Translations under genes and position numbers: made by a program
NCBI GenBank assembly: GCA_023515725.1
Contig: JALDTO010000214.1
Span: 124,001 to 188,000 of the forward strand
Direction of reading: 5' to 3'
Length of the DNA: 64,000 bases
Source: Amoeboaphelidium protococcarum X5
Lineage: Eukaryota; Fungi; Aphelidiomycota
Shown: piece by piece, positions 40,116 through 55,785 of the stretch
Layout of the letters: the number at the start of each line of letters is the position of its first letter
Position numbering within the stretch: the stretch's first letter is position 1
The notes under the pieces: model-generated
What the model was told of the DNA's origin: nothing
Database searches by the model: none
Seen by the model: the letters and a program-made list of their open reading frames with translations, nothing else

Positions 40116-41228
40116 TCACTAAATTTTGGTTCTCTTAGATTAAGACTTTTAAGCAGTGGAAGTAGAGAGCATACCAAGACCTTCAAATTCATCATTTACC
40201 AGAATTTCATCTTCAGCAACACCGAAAGCCATTCTATTCTAAGCCTTCCTTAATGCTGTGGCTTCAAATCGCTCCTTCTACCGCCGAGCCCGCTTACCAC
40301 CTCTCTTCTTACGTGGCTCATTGATAGGAGCTTTCAAAACTTTGGCATCTTAATGTTTAGGAGGTGAGAGCATCTAATCTATCTTTTGCACCACCTCTTC
40401 CCTGAACCGCTGCCCCTCACCGCCATCAGGATTACTCTTGACAAGATCTAGGCGCGCCGAGAGGGTGACCTTGTTGCAAATCAGCTTTACACACTTCTAC
40501 TTCATGTCAGACGGTACATTATCTAGCAGATCACACTCCCACACATGACCATCTTTGTAGCCATCCAATCTCGTACCATATCCCGCTAGTGGTTTATTAG
40601 ACTTTCCAACATTCGGTAGATTACATGCGGGTATCTTACACAGAGCAGAGAGACCACCCGTAGTGGATATCAATTACGCGGCAATGCGAGTACCAACCAG
40701 AGCGGTGGTGTTTGGAGCAATATGATGCATTTGGGTGGCTATAAACTGGATGATCTACCGCTTAATCCTGTCCATTTCAATAAGATCCTGACTTAATCGG
40801 ATCACCCGATCATATTACTCATCTGATAGCTACTACATTGGAGATATTGCCGCAGCAGTGATATTGATTATCATTGCCTACTACTGAGATACAACTGCCC
40901 GGATTCGATCCAAGAGTCCATCTTCTTTCGTGATATCCACGCAATTACCAAGTATTTAAATAACTCTACCATATTCCACAGGATTCATCACTATAGTCTC
41001 CAATTCCTGGAAGCGATCTTCATACAATCGCCGTAATTCTTAATGTGCCTACAGCTGATCACTCTCCATCTATAACGTGATTAGATTAGCCTCAACCACT
41101 ATATCATACTAAGCAGTATCTATTGCAGTACTTATCTTTCTTAGTAGCGATTCCACTTTTGCCGACTAGAAAGCTATATACTTTGATACATTATTGGATT
41201 CTAGATTTTCTTAATATAGTTGCTCCAT
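40116..41228 (-). CDS. PRP31: U4/U6 snRNP protein Prp31 (compact, 370 aa)
   Basis: YEDRFQELETIVMNP, IAPNTTALVG, IPACNLP, KVTLSARLD, RKRGGKRARR. Confidence 0.88.
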
Positions 41229-41968
41229 CTTCAAGTCTTCTCAAAATATAATTAAAATAAAAGACTTAAAGAAAAAAAAGTAAATAGGAACAAAAGGATT
41301 GCGACGTATTTACATGCAGAGAGTAAAGAGAGAGAAGGACAACACTCTGTGGTGTTGATTGATGTAATACAAAACGACACGCAATGTTTTAAACTAATGA
41401 CACAATAAAATTCAAAGAACGTTAAAAGTGTGCGTTAATGCAGTTTGAGCTCGCAAAGCTTAATCAAAACCGGGAAATCTAAGTAATTAATCCATCAAGT
41501 TACAGAACGGCTTACTTCATACCATTCAACCAATGAAGATGATTTGAAGTTAACATCTAATCAGCGATCCAAAGAAACTGGATAGCATAAAAGGAGAGTA
41601 TAAATCAAATGATGACGCGTAGAGTATAAGGACAAAGAAAATACGCGATCATCCATAAGGTGAATCACACCGTCTGCTTGTACTGTACTGTAACAGATCG
41701 CTCAGTGACTCAATCGCCGTTATCGTTAAAATGAATGGATAGCGCGCGCGTTTGCAGAAAGATTACAGTATCACAGGCAGCAATTTAGTGCACTGTGAAG
41801 AACACACATTTCCTTTCTCGCGCGTTTTGTTAACGCATCAAACAAGTGTCGTTCGCATTGCTTTGGAAGAACTATTATTTTGTGGGGTTTTCTTTTCAAA
41901 TTCTATTGTCAGATTTTTGAATTCTACAGATATACTGAATAATTATAATAAAAACAAATAAAATCATT

Positions 41969-43063
41969 ATGCCAGAAAAGACTGCTGTATCGCCAACTGT
42001 TGGCACTGCGAATATCGATCCACGTAAGCCTGGTGTTGCTCATCGCCTGGAGGAGGCTGCCTTCAAAGCTGAGAACGCAATCAAGAGTGAGGCACAGGCT
42101 GTCAAGAATGAGGCTAAGCATTTGAAGAATAAGGCCAAGGGAGCTGCGAAGGAGGTTGCTGCCGAGACTAAAGGTTGGGTGGCTGCGTACAATAACTGGC
42201 GCAAGTCTTGGGGTCTTCCTAATCCTGGAAAGTTTGATGGAATGACTAATGAGGTGCGTGGTGTGTTTGCCAATCAGATGCTGTTTGATGGAGCGAAATT
42301 TGATTTTGGCAAGGTGCTATCTCCTAATTTTCAGGTTATGCACTCCTTTATGCTCGGTTCTCAGGTTGCTCCTCAGCAGTACTCGTTCGGCACGTTCTTT
42401 ACTAGCTAGTAATGGTTTTTGAGAGGTGTCATGGATAATGACTAGAACTTGAACGCGTCCGTATCCTACTCTCCGTTGAGTAATTTGTCTTTGAAATTGT
42501 CTCCAAGTATGGGCCCTCAGATGCCAACATCTGTTGGATTTGAGTTTGATTATACTGGACTGGATTACTCCACCTATGCTAGAGTTGCTCATGCAGCTGC
42601 TGGTAACTAGATCGTGTCTCTGTCCCATCTGCAATCCGTTACCAAAGGCCTGGCTGTCGGTGTTGAGGCGGCGCTGTAAAAGTTGCCTGAAGCTCAATTT
42701 ACTGAGCCTCAGTTGACCTACGTGGCCAAGTATTAGGCTCCTGATTTCAAGGCTACAGTGAGCTATTGCCAGTTGGGCATCATGCAGGCTACGTACTTTT
42801 AGAAGATTTCTGAGCAGGTGGAGTTGGGTGCTGATCTGCAGGTGGTCAATCTGAATGAGTAATAACGTGAGTCTGTGTGCACACTGGGTGCCAAGTGGGA
42901 TTTCCGTGCTGCTTCAGTGAGAGCTCAGGTTGACACCACCGGACGTGTGGCCACCTTTATGGAATAGCGTCTTGGACCTGGATTCAGTTTCCTCATGTCT
43001 GCAGATTTGAACCATGCTAAGGGAACTAGCAAGTTTGGTCTTGGTCTGCAACTGGAGAATTGA
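41969..43063 (+). CDS. TOM40: Mitochondrial import channel Tom40
   Basis: LPNPGKFDGM, LSPNFQVMHSF, EFDYTGLD, HLQSVTKGLAVGVE, KFGLGLQLE. Confidence 0.93.
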
Positions 43064-43242
43064 TTACCCTTCTGGATTGACACTATACTTTACTTTCTGC
43101 TGTTAAGGTTAACGAGAAGAAGTATTGTATTACGCGTGAATTGGTTACTATGAAATATTTCGGAATAGATAAGCATTTTAGCAATCATCATTTTCATCAA
43201 ATCTAATACCATTGTCATATCAACACTTTAACAGATCAATCA

Positions 43243-44445
43243 TCAGTACTAGCTTTGATGCATAAATATAAACATTGGGATAAGGAAGAGCCCTGCAAGA
43301 GCCGCCTTTTTCATGGCTGAACTAAATTTAATTTCCAGCTCAGGCGATGATGGTAGACCATAACAGATTGTGGCCACAATGACAAGCGATGCTCCCATAA
43401 AGAATGTGGCACTCATCACTGAGTTGAACATGAAATATGATCCAACACAACCAAGCAGGATAGCAATCGATGTAGCGAATCCTTTCGATATACTGTCGGC
43501 ATACTTGACCACTACGGCAGTCAGAAGACCACCCCACGCGTTCAAGAAAACGGCTCCAATTGCTGCCATATTATTAGAGTATCCATACAGAATTCCGTGC
43601 TCCGACACCTATTTATAGTCCAAGATGTAAACACCAAAAATGAGCGATAAAACCGAGCCACAGACTCCCATCTGCACATTACGAATCCAAAGAGAGGTGC
43701 TGCTCTTCTACTTCAAAATCTTCTCCGTGTACACACCAGCCATACCAGACAGAACAGATGCAGTAAAAGAGGCAGCGAATCCAATAACATTAGAGGAAGA
43801 CTTGGATTAAGCAGATCCAGTAGATTATAATTGCACTATGGCAACACCGACAATCAACATTCCAATAGAAACCCACTAGCGCTGAACCAAAGCACGCTGT
43901 AAGAAGAGCACTGAAAATATCGCCGTGGTAAAAATCTTCAATTACGCCAGCACTTGATACGTACCAACATCTAAATGACTAATAGCTACATACTGAAGAT
44001 TGTTCTAGATTGTGTACAAAACGGATGGTACTAGAATTTAAATAAAGTCGCTGTCTCGCCCAAAACAATCATTGATAAACTTTTAGATGGAATTGACATG
44101 ATAACCACCTTTGTTACCATTTCCAGTCTGAAGATTATTCGACACTAGAACATCTTTATCGGCATTCTAAATGCCAGCGGTGTTGTAAAAATGACAAAAT
44201 ACAGCAGTGAAGACTTTCAAGCACTCACCAAAGAACACCGCAGTTGATGTAGCATATGATGGTCCACTGACCAGCCGTGACAATCTTGTAACAAGGATGA
44301 GCGAACAATTTTGTAAAGTCAAAATCACAAGCGATGCATACTTGAGAGTATTTTTATTACTACCACTTACTCCACCTCCAAAAATACTAGCTGCAGCATC
44401 TAGAGCAGAACTTGATCTCTTATCCAACTTGGTACTAACAACCAT
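43243..44445 (-). CDS. SLC35A-type nucleotide-sugar (UDP-Gal/GlcNAc) transporter
   Basis: LKYASLVILTLQN, YTIQNNLQY, YQVLAQLKIFTTAIF, GVYTEKILK, SLWIRNVQM, VVKYADSISKGFATS. Confidence 0.92.
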
Positions 44446-44781
44446 TCCTAGCTTGTATATTAATAGTGCGATGCGATGCGATCGATTTAAAGATTTGGAA
44501 ATATAGTAAATAAGAAGCAAAGCAAAGTACAATAGCTGAGCGGTTGCGGTGCCGAAACAATAACCAAAAAAACCAACAACAACAATACCGCTTAGTGGGG
44601 AAACGGTCTCGCTCAGTCTAGAACTTGAACGGCCGCTGCTAAGTTGGCTTAGTGTCTACGCAACGATGGAATGATTAGAATTGTGTGTTTGATCAACCGT
44701 TCTGAAATTATTATCGACTCTCGCACACCATCATTTGGCTTGCTGCATCACTAAGCTGTTGCGGGTGTGTACGTCTTCTAA

Positions 44782-46062
<1,281 letters not shown>

Positions 46063-46159
46063 TCTCCCTCATATTTTGAATAGAAAACTAGATTGTGATA
46101 ATAATAAACTATAGATACAAATAGATATTCATTGATTTAATCCACCACATTCATTACAA

Positions 46160-47341
46160 TCATTACAAGTTTAAATCTTTCAGTATGATAGTGGCTATGA
46201 ATTTGGCACTACTCTAACTACACGATACCAACTACTAGGCCTTCTCGCCGTAACCAAGTGTACTAAGCAGCTTCTCCACCACAGCGATACGTTTACCAAC
46301 CACCACACCGTGAGAACATACGCGCGCAATGAAGTCAGACTCTGGAATGTTATAGCTGAATAAAACTTTTCTAAAATCTACACTCTATAATGAACAATAA
46401 ACATTATGATTGTACAAGAGCTCAACACCATCCCGCCATTCGGATTATCGATTCTGTTCTTATTACACCACTTGCTTTGACTATTCAATTGATGATTGTT
46501 TCTAAGTAATGTCAGTAGAATCCACCAGATCGACTGCAATGTCACAGACTTCAGTTTATTCTAAAAGGACACCTGTCAATTTTTACTGCCACACAATTAT
46601 ACATTAATATGAGCTCTTCTATGCTTAACGCGATTGAGACTCTTTCTACTACTACTACTACTATTATAACTATACTTAAGACAAGGGATGATCAGGCCAT
46701 ATGAGTGATGAACTCAGTGGAACGGTAACATCTTGTAAATGGCCAAAGAGTGTTCGATGAGGAAACTTCAACAAGGCTTTCATGAACTGAGAATCACTTT
46801 AAGACATGTACTCAAGCAGGGCATAACTACTGCCACTTTCAGTATACTCATCTCCCATGAATAGCTCACGACCAGTCTTTCCAACCAGATACTTCAAGTA
46901 CAGACCAGCCGCTGTACCCATCCATCCACTACCGCGTCTACTACCCAAATGTGGACTTGATACTGCATAATACCCCACTGGAACAAATTCAACGTCACTT
47001 AATATCTCGTCTTAATCATCATCCTCCTCGCAAGTATTTCCACCACGGAACAACATTGGCAGAACGTATCTCGCAATCAATCCACCCAGCGAATGACCAA
47101 GTACACTCAACTAGATCTCTTTATAGCTCTACATGTTCTGCTTTACAAACTGGCCGACTTCCTGCAAAAGCGCTTGTCCCATAGCTTGTAATCCTAAATG
47201 TGTCTTTAAGAACCCATTACACTCAGAGGCTAGAATGAACACGTCTTCCCTGTCCGCAGTCTGCTCCTTCAAATACTCCGCCATATAATCAAAGTCATGA
47301 TGTGTTCCATGCAATCCATGCACAAGCACTATCAGCGACAT
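46160..47341 (-). CDS. DUF676 putative serine lipase/esterase
   Basis: LIVLVHGLHG, GHSLGGLIARY, ASPHLGS, GKTGRELF. Confidence 0.88.
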
Positions 47342-47575
47342 CCTGCGATAAAACTTTTACTCTTAAAAGATACAATCACTTTCGCTGGTAACTGAATCTA
47401 AACGATAATCTGCTGAATTAGGGATTGGCTTACGAAAGTTGATCGATTTCCTCCGTCTCGCGTCAACGCGTCAATCAAGAGAGAGGAGTGAGTTGCAACT
47501 CCCTATACAACACTAAAATCTTACGCCTGAAGATAAATACAGTTTTGAGTTTAGATTTAAATCAAAAGTACAAAA

Positions 47576-48361
47576 ATGCTTGCGTCATCAACTATAGCGA
47601 AGAGTAAATTGAAGTAGGATACTGAGTATTTGCACCGTGGATGGCAGTTTAAATCATAGAAAGGCACTATTGCATCTGACAGAGAACTGATAGCATTTGA
47701 ACACAAGTTTGGTTACAAATCCCCGCTGATGCTATTCCCTGATAATAAATTACAGGTACAATCTCCCTCTGCGTAAATAGTTATTGAATGGAATGCTATG
47801 GATGCTTTAAAGAAAGTCAAACTGTAAAAGCCTCCGTATTCAGTCAAGAGTAGTCAGGCATGGAGGCGGGCGCGAAATCTAGGATCCGATAGTAATGATG
47901 AAGTTAAATAACAAATTGTAGAAGGGGACTATGATTGGACATACTGGTCCGATTATATGGGCACATTCAATCTTGACCAAGATAGTAGAAATAATAGCGA
48001 CAGTTTAGAATGGAATGGTGCGACACTAGCCCAACATAAGATGAATATGCACAAAATTGCGCATGGCGGAGACATCAAGTACTTTGACTCTGTGATTCTG
48101 TATGAAGATGAATTGGATGATAATGGATGCAGTCAGTTTTCAGTAAAGATTCGCGTGATGCAGGATTACTGGTTCGCTCTATGCTAGATGTAGCTATTTA
48201 TTTATGGTGTCATTAGAAAGTCATTAGAGTGTCGATACTATCATGAGTTTGGATCTCGGGTGATTTGCAGAGAGATCAAATCGCTATAGAACGACACTGG
48301 TGGCGAACAACTACAGTTACAATCTACCTGTGAGACATTTGCTAAACTGCACAGCGATTGA
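47576..48361 (+). CDS. TIP41: TIP41/TIPRL PP2A regulator
   Basis: YDWTYWSDYMG, ILYEDELDDNG, VKIRVM. Confidence 0.88.
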
Positions 48362-48554
48362 CTTTATTCTTTTACTGTAAGCCTTCTTGATTGTATATAT
48401 TATTAATTCTAATTTTATTAAAGGAACTGCTGTATAATTTATAAATTTACTTTCACTTTACTTTAATCATCACCGCTGCTAAACGTTTGTCATTTAGCGA
48501 TCTCTTTAAAATTGATCAAATTCGTTTTTATCTACAAACTAACTATAATCAATA

Positions 48555-51500
48555 ATGGGACGATCTAGACCAAGATATAATGAAAAGGCTAGAGCTTCGT
48601 CTCTGCAGAGTAAGGTTAATGTGTCCACCTTGAGATTGCATCCCAATGCTCGTAATGGTGGTTTAGTTGCGTTGAAGAAGAAGGTGAAAAGTATCAATAA
48701 TAATAAAACTGGCGAAGGTGATACTGCTGCTGTTGATTAGAATCCGGTATAGAGTCTGCATAAAGTGCTGTAAATTCAGACTGAAAGTAAAATGTCCAAG
48801 ACGCGTAAAAAGAAGCTGGAGAAGTATATCGAGAAGAAGTTGAAGAAGGAGCAGCATGGTGAACTGATGAAGAAGGTGGCACAGTCATCCAAGTCTGTGG
48901 ACTCGAGGAATGTGCTGATTAGATCTTCTGCTGGTATCTCATCTGGTGTTAATGTTACAGAGAGAGAACGCGTCAGATATGCCTTCAATGTTCATAAAGC
49001 TGGTGTTACTGTGGATAAGGACGCGTTATTTTAGTAGTAAAATGATGATTCTGATAAATTGGATATTGATGATGATCAGGAGGATGATTAGTAGTAGCAA
49101 TCAACTGAGGAAATAAAACCTACCACCAAGCATCTGGCATCTTATCCTGTAAAATTTGGCTCTGCTTTGAAATCTTAGAAGGGTAGTTTATAGGATAGTG
49201 ATGAATAGTAATAGTTGAAAAAGCGCAAACTCATGCCTGAAGTTATTTTAAATGAGTCTAGCAGTGAAAGCGATTCATCATCGGATGATGAAGTCAGTGA
49301 TAATGTCAAAGAAGTATAAGGCCTTGTTGACATATAACGTGCTGGTAATTCTACTGTCTCTGAGAGCGTAGAATCTAAATCTAAAGTTGCTCAAGATGAA
49401 ACTGTCAAGTTATCACAACCTAAGTAAGTCAATACTGTAAAAAATGAGAATACCACTCTGTAGTAATAATATGCAGATAAACCCAGAGTGCAGGCAAAGT
49501 ATGTTCTTGTTGAGAGAAATGAAGATATTCAATAGGCACGTCTATAGTTGCCTATTTTGGCTGAGGAGCATACGATTATGGAAAAGATTCTGAGTAATGA
49601 GAAAAGCACTTTCCACATGAACGATGTTCTTGTGCTATGTGGAGAGACTGGTAGTGGTAAAACTTCTCAACTACCGCAATTTTTGTTTGAATATGGCTTT
49701 GGTAGCGGTCAGAATAGTATTAAAAATACCAATAGCGGTGGTTAACCTTTCACTCCGGATGAACGTGCTGGTATGATAGGTGTCACTTAGCCGCGAAGAG
49801 TCGCTGCTGTCAGCATAGCACAAAGAGTGTAATAGGAGTTGGGAGTGGATGGTAAAGTAGCATACCAGGTCAGATATGACACCAATGTCTCATCGAGTAC
49901 GGCGATAAAGTTTATGACTGATGGTATTCTATTGAAAGAGATCAGCAAGGATCTACTACTAACTAAGTATTCTTGCATTGTGGTGGATGAGGCTCACGAG
50001 AGATCTCTCAATACCGACATTGTTATTGGACTATTGAGCAGAGTGGTGCCATTGAGACGTAAAATGTTCCAGGAGAAGCGAACCACGGTGGTCGATGGTA
50101 AGAGTGTTCGCGTTTATCCCCTAAAACTAGTAATAATGTCTGCCACTCTGCGTGTTGACGACTTTGTTCATAATCAGCAATTGTTCAAGTTGCCACCTCC
50201 CCTGATTGAAGTCAAAGCTCGTCAGTTTCCGGTCACTGTTCACTTTAATAAAAAGACTCCCGAGAATTATATCGACGCTGCGTATGATAAGGTGTGCAAG
50301 ATTCATAAGAAGCTTCCTCCAGGTGGTATTTTGGTGTTTTTGACTGGTCAGCAGGAGATAGCATAATTGATTTAGATGTTATAGAATGAGCGTGGCCTAG
50401 TGTCTGGTTAGGATGATTATGATCAATTGCCAGGTAGTGATGATTAGGATGAAGATGAGAATTTGGAAGACGGATTTACCTAGGAAGAGTTGCAGACTAA
50501 AAAGAAGTTGAAACTGCATGTCTTGCCACTATTTGCTCTTTAGTCAACAGAGCAGCAGATGCGAATCTTTGAATAAATACCTGATAATCAGCGTTTGTGC
50601 ATAGTTGCTACCAATGTCGCTGAGACTTCCCTCACCATTTCGGGAATCAAGTATGTGGTGGACTGTGGACGTGTCAAAGAACTGAGTTATGATATCGAGA
50701 GTGGTGTGAGCTCTTTCAAGAATGTGTGGACATCTAAAGCATCTGCTGATCAGAGGAGTGGACGGGCAGGTAGATGTGAAGCTGGTCACACATACCGACT
50801 TTACTCATCTGCAGTGTATTAATATCAGATGTAGTAGCACACTGCTCCGGAGATTTAGAGAATGCCTATAGATGGAGTAGTGCTGTAGATGAAGAACATG
50901 GAGATTGATAATGTGTGCAACTTTCCATTCCCGAGTCCTCCTGACAGGCAGTAGTTGCAATAGAGTGAGAAGATGCTAGTATCGCTAGGGGCACTTGACT
51001 CTTAGCGAAAGTCTATTACTCCAATGGGCCGTTCGATTGCAAACTATCCCATCCATCCACGATATGGAAAAATGATAGTGTTCTGTATTGAGAATCATCC
51101 CAAGCTATTGCCATTTAGTGTACTGATGGTAAGTGCATTGACTGTTGGAGAGATTTTTGATTAATCTGTTTGTATTCCAGGATAATTTGATTTTAGTCAA
51201 AATGATGGTGAAGATTAATAATAATAATAACAGTAAAGAGTGACGCGTAGTGAGTTTAACAACGGGTATGATAGTGATCCAATGCTGATGGCTGAAGCTG
51301 CGCTCAAGTGTATCCAACACCGAGACGTATAAGCATTCTGTGTTATATACGGCCTTAGACTTAAAGCGATGCAAGAAGTGCAGAAGTTGTCAAAATAGAT
51401 TTTCAACATTATAAATGTGGAAAGCGGAATATAAATTTCTGTAGATCAATTAAGAACATTCTAACTACATTCTGATCAAGTCCAACTACTGAAAGATGTT

Positions 51501-52319
51501 ATACTGTCAGCTAATTGTGATAGAATAGCTGTCAGATGTAAGAAGCAGCACAAAGGTTAGAAGTTGATTCCTTATAAACCAGTCTTCCAAGAGGTGATGT
51601 CTTTTAACTCGGATATTGGATAGACTGCAGCAGAGTATATCTACATTCATCCATCGAGTTGCTTGGTAAGATCTGCTCCTGAGTTTGTATTGTATCAAGA
51701 TCTTCGAAGGGCGTCTTCCTCTCCCCTATAGCAAAGTTTGATTGATATGGATCAAAGTGGTGGATAGTCCATCTAACGTAATGTTTATATGCTCAATATT
51801 ACTTAGCTAAATTCTCTGTAATCAATTGCCACTGTCAATCCATCTATATGCTCCTTTGGCAGTCCTTTGGAAAACCGTTGTCCATACCATGACAGTTAGC
51901 TGGATGCTTTGTTTGCATACTCCTCTCCCACGATTGGTAGTAATGTTGTGCTAAATCTCCCACCCACTCCGATACTGTTATCCTAATTTAAGAGTCTCTC
52001 GAATGGAGACAAGTTGCGCCAGGTGGCCAAATTGATTCTGGATGGTTCAATTTTGCCCAAGTTGAAATCTAATCTCAGGATGCTTAACGCTAAACCTTAG
52101 CTGATGATCAATCCGAAGCTTGGTATTAATAATGGCAAGATTGCGCCGTGGATCTAGTCTCTTAGTCGCCACGATGTCTTATCACATATTGATGGTGGAT
52201 TGAAGAGGCATCTTATGAGCGTTTTCAAGGAGCATAACAAGTTCTTACTGGAACCGTATTTGTAATGGATCTCGCAAGATTATGAGTAAATCATACGCAG
52301 CTAATGGCCACCTCTGTGA
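48555..52319 (+). CDS. ECM16: DEAH RNA helicase Dhr1/DHX37
   Basis: [10 protein letters not shown]-terminus, [48 protein letters not shown]. Confidence 0.93.
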
Positions 52320-52383
52320 TACTTCTTCCCGGTATAATGAATCTTGAAATGTAGAATGCAACATCAATTATTATATTTAAAAT

Positions 52384-53814
52384 TCATTACTTAGACTCGT
52401 TTTGCTGAGGATCCACTTCAGATGATAAGTCAACATCAGCGAGACTTTAATCACCCTATTGTATAGCACATCGATCTATGGTATAAAATAGCATCTAATG
52501 ATTATCCAATATATTATGCCAACCTCTGGATCCACTAGACGTGACCATAAACTTTTCTTCTGGATCAACGAAAGCTTGAGATATAAATCCACCATAATGA
52601 CCGCCAACTATTTAAAAGATATCACCAGATTAATCACCATTCGAGTCAGGATTAGACAGAGCTGCATTAACATCACAAAGTCGAATAACATCATGACTAC
52701 ATACTATAAGATGATGGTTGTCGCTTAGAGCTAGAGTATGAGATACAATACCAGAATTAGACGGTAGTTTAACATTGTGTACAAGCCTAGTGGATCGCAC
52801 ATCCCAAACATCGATAGACTCATCTCTCCTACCGCAATATATCCGTGTACCATCTGGACTCCAGCAAGCGGACATATACACATGATCTTGTGACTACTGC
52901 GGGTCAGAATCACCCTTAGGGGAGATTTTGGATTATGCATTAAACGACATCTAAGGCTTGGAAGATCTCACATCATAAATATTACTTTATCCATCAGCAA
53001 GCGAACATAAAAACTATTTATCGCTACTACTTGGTTTTAATTATAAGGACACTATTTGAGCATCACCATCACTACCATAATTCTGCGTACAAGACCCGTC
53101 ATTAAGATCCCAAAACTACACTCATACTTTCGCAATAATTATCACGTACAATTAGAACAATATAGCTGCAAGTGAATCATAGTCTGCTTACATTTATCGT
53201 AGAGTCCCAAGATCCACTTAAAAACTTTTACTCATCAGCAGTAAGAGTCAGCTGATTGACAATTGATTAATGGCCTTTAAAAGTGTGCAGACATGTACCA
53301 GAGTCATGGCGAGCGGTACACAGCGATATTGTTCCATCCTACAACAATAAAAAGTTATATACTAGAGTTAATCAACAGTAAGTCTTACGTTCTAGCCTAT
53401 TAATACCCAGAGAGCCTCTTTCTCTAGAGCCATGGACATTACTGGACGCGTCGTATGATCCAGACCAGAACTTTGAGACAGATCATCCGGATCATCTTGC
53501 ATCAGATTCAGAGGATGTCTCTATACACCAGAATTAGTCCACTGACCGCAAGAGACGCCATTCCGCCATAGAGTATCGGGAAGTCCAAGTTGAGCTGAAG
53601 GATTCAGTTTAAGTTTACCATTGAGACTGGCGAAGAAGTCGTATCGCCTCACCACACCATCATGTCCACCGCTATACACTCTTTTAATGCAGCGAGTTGC
53701 AGCGATTGCATTTATACCCACAGGCTGTTGTATGAGGCACAATGGAGTGACTTTATATCCCATGCGCTATGACGCTGACTGCTCTATATCCATAGAATCA
53801 TGATTCTCCACCAT
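52384..53814 (-). CDS. SPT8: SAGA WD40 subunit Spt8-like
   Basis: INAIAAT..VYSGGHDG..RYDF..SLNGKL, LSGSWDSTI, MSACWSPDG..IYCGRR, GGHYGG, TSSGSRGW; introns 53339-53388, 53116-53191. Confidence 0.82.
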
Positions 53815-54161
53815 GGTTTACTGTAGATTTCAAATGTAACGGCCTAGAGAAATGAAAACTCCTTCAGGCGTCGCAGTGCGAACAAGGATGAACCGTAATA
53901 AATAAGACTAAGTTTGAACACAGCGTGTCACAAAAAGCTTTAATGAAGCGACTACTTTATATACATTAAATTCAAGAAACTACACCTAATGTAGTGCGGA
54001 TTATCTTCTACACTTTCCATTCCGTCGAACAAGTAACAGTGGATTGGTCAAGTCACATGGAAGGCACTCGAAGCCCAATCACACCTTTTCAACGATTGAA
54101 CTTTCAGCAGTATTTTTTTTAATTGATCGCTGCTAAATCGCGTAAGACTTGATTTTAGCCA

Positions 54162-54479
54162 ATGCAGATATATAAATTCTGCCTATTGGCGCTTCTGTGT
54201 TTAATGGTAGCTTGCGTTAATGCACAGCCCGATAACTCGTTAGATGTCGATCTGTTCAAGCGCGCCTCGAAATCCTCATCATCATCTTCATCATCATCTG
54301 GAAAATCTGGCGGTAGATCATCAAGGCGATACATTGGCGGTGGTGGTTTCTATTCGCCTGGTGGAAATAGACCTTCGAATTCATCCGCTTCAAAAGTCGC
54401 CTTTGCTTCCAACTATTAATTGATGGCGCCGATTCTACTTAGTATCATCCCACTCATGCAACACGCGATTAGATTATGA
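54162..54479 (+). CDS. Small secreted Ser/Gly-rich protein, possibly GPI-anchored (105 aa)
   Basis: Signal peptide, LFKR dibasic site, poly-Ser/Gly core, moderately hydrophobic tail. Confidence 0.7.
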
Positions 54480-54729
54480 ATTTTTGAATAAGACACATTG
54501 TTGCCTTTACATATTGTAAAATTTTCATTATTAATATCTCGACAATAGCTTATTTGAAGTCACCAGTTTAATATCACTGCATTCTGACATGTTTGCTTGT
54601 GGAGTACTGCGTCTCACATTAAGCTTAAAGTCACAACACGGTCAACTGAAGATTCTCCTTCCGAAACAACACCGTTCATTAAAAGACTTGACTTAATACA
54701 AAGATTTGATATTTGTGTCATTTTTATAA

Positions 54730-55701
54730 ATGGAAGATCCTAGATTTGCGGATATCATTGTGAAAGACCATGAGCGAAAGTCTGTTGAAGCGAATGTGGT
54801 GATAATTGGCTTCCCTCATGATGAAGGTGTTAGGCGAAATGGTGGGCGTGTCGGAGCCAAGGATGGACCAGCTAGCTTCCGTAAATTGTTCTATAGATTA
54901 TGTTCATCAGACACTGAGAGTGGCGTGGATCTGAGTCAACTGAAGATTGTTGATTTCGGTGATGTGGATCCCTCATTGCCTTTAGAATAAGCTCACCTCA
55001 GATTGACAGAATTGGTGTATAAGGTTTTGTAAATTGGCGGTATTCCCATTATAATCGGCGGTGGTAACGATCAATCTTATCTGAATGCATCTGCCCTAAT
55101 TTAACATTTATTGGAGTTAAATAGCAATCCTCAGCGATTAGCCGAGTAAAAATTGCATGTAATCAATGTCGATGCTCACTTGGATGTGAGGCCACTAAAG
55201 AATGGCCAAGTACACTCTGGATCTCCATTTCGCCTACTGGTTGAAGATGATCGCTTCTCCAAGCAGTTGAGTGGCAAGTATATTGTGTACGCAGCACAAG
55301 GTCCACAATGTGCTTCACGTCACGTTGAATATATTAAATAATCTGGTAATCAGGTAATGTTCCTGCCTGCGGTGAAATAGTCATTATCGAATTTTGAATT
55401 GGACCGTAATTGGCTGTCTGCGGTGGCTGAGACCAAAGCTACCAGTATATTTGTATCGTTTGATATTGATTCTATTAGAGCTTCAGATTGTCCTGGAGTG
55501 AGCTGTTCATCACCAGATGGCCTATCTGCTGAAGAGGCTATAGTGATGTGCAAGCAGGCTGGTGGAGATAGTCGCGTTAGACTGATCGACTTTTCGGAAT
55601 ATAATCCAACTATTGAAGAGTATCGCACCGGCAGATTGTTGGCCATGATGGTACACGCTTTCTTGTGTGGCCTCGCTTAAAGACAATAACGTAAATAGTG
55701 A
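54730..55701 (+). CDS. hutG: Formimidoylglutamase (HutG-like, arginase/ureohydrolase family)
   Basis: GFPHDEGVRRNGGRVGA..GP, GGGNDQSY, NVDAHLDVR, HSGSPF, SFDIDS, EYNP. Confidence 0.85.
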
Positions 55702-55785
55702 ACACTAGGACATACATTAACAACTATGTTGTATTAAATCAGATTTCACACTACGACGTAAGATATCTCAAAACACGCTTCAAGT

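Noticed and set aside
41230-41968. Long divergent spacer with a box C-like ATGATGA and a possible tiny spliced ORF
   Set aside because: No suitably placed D box; the putative intron is shorter than the others and lacks the GTAG acceptor.
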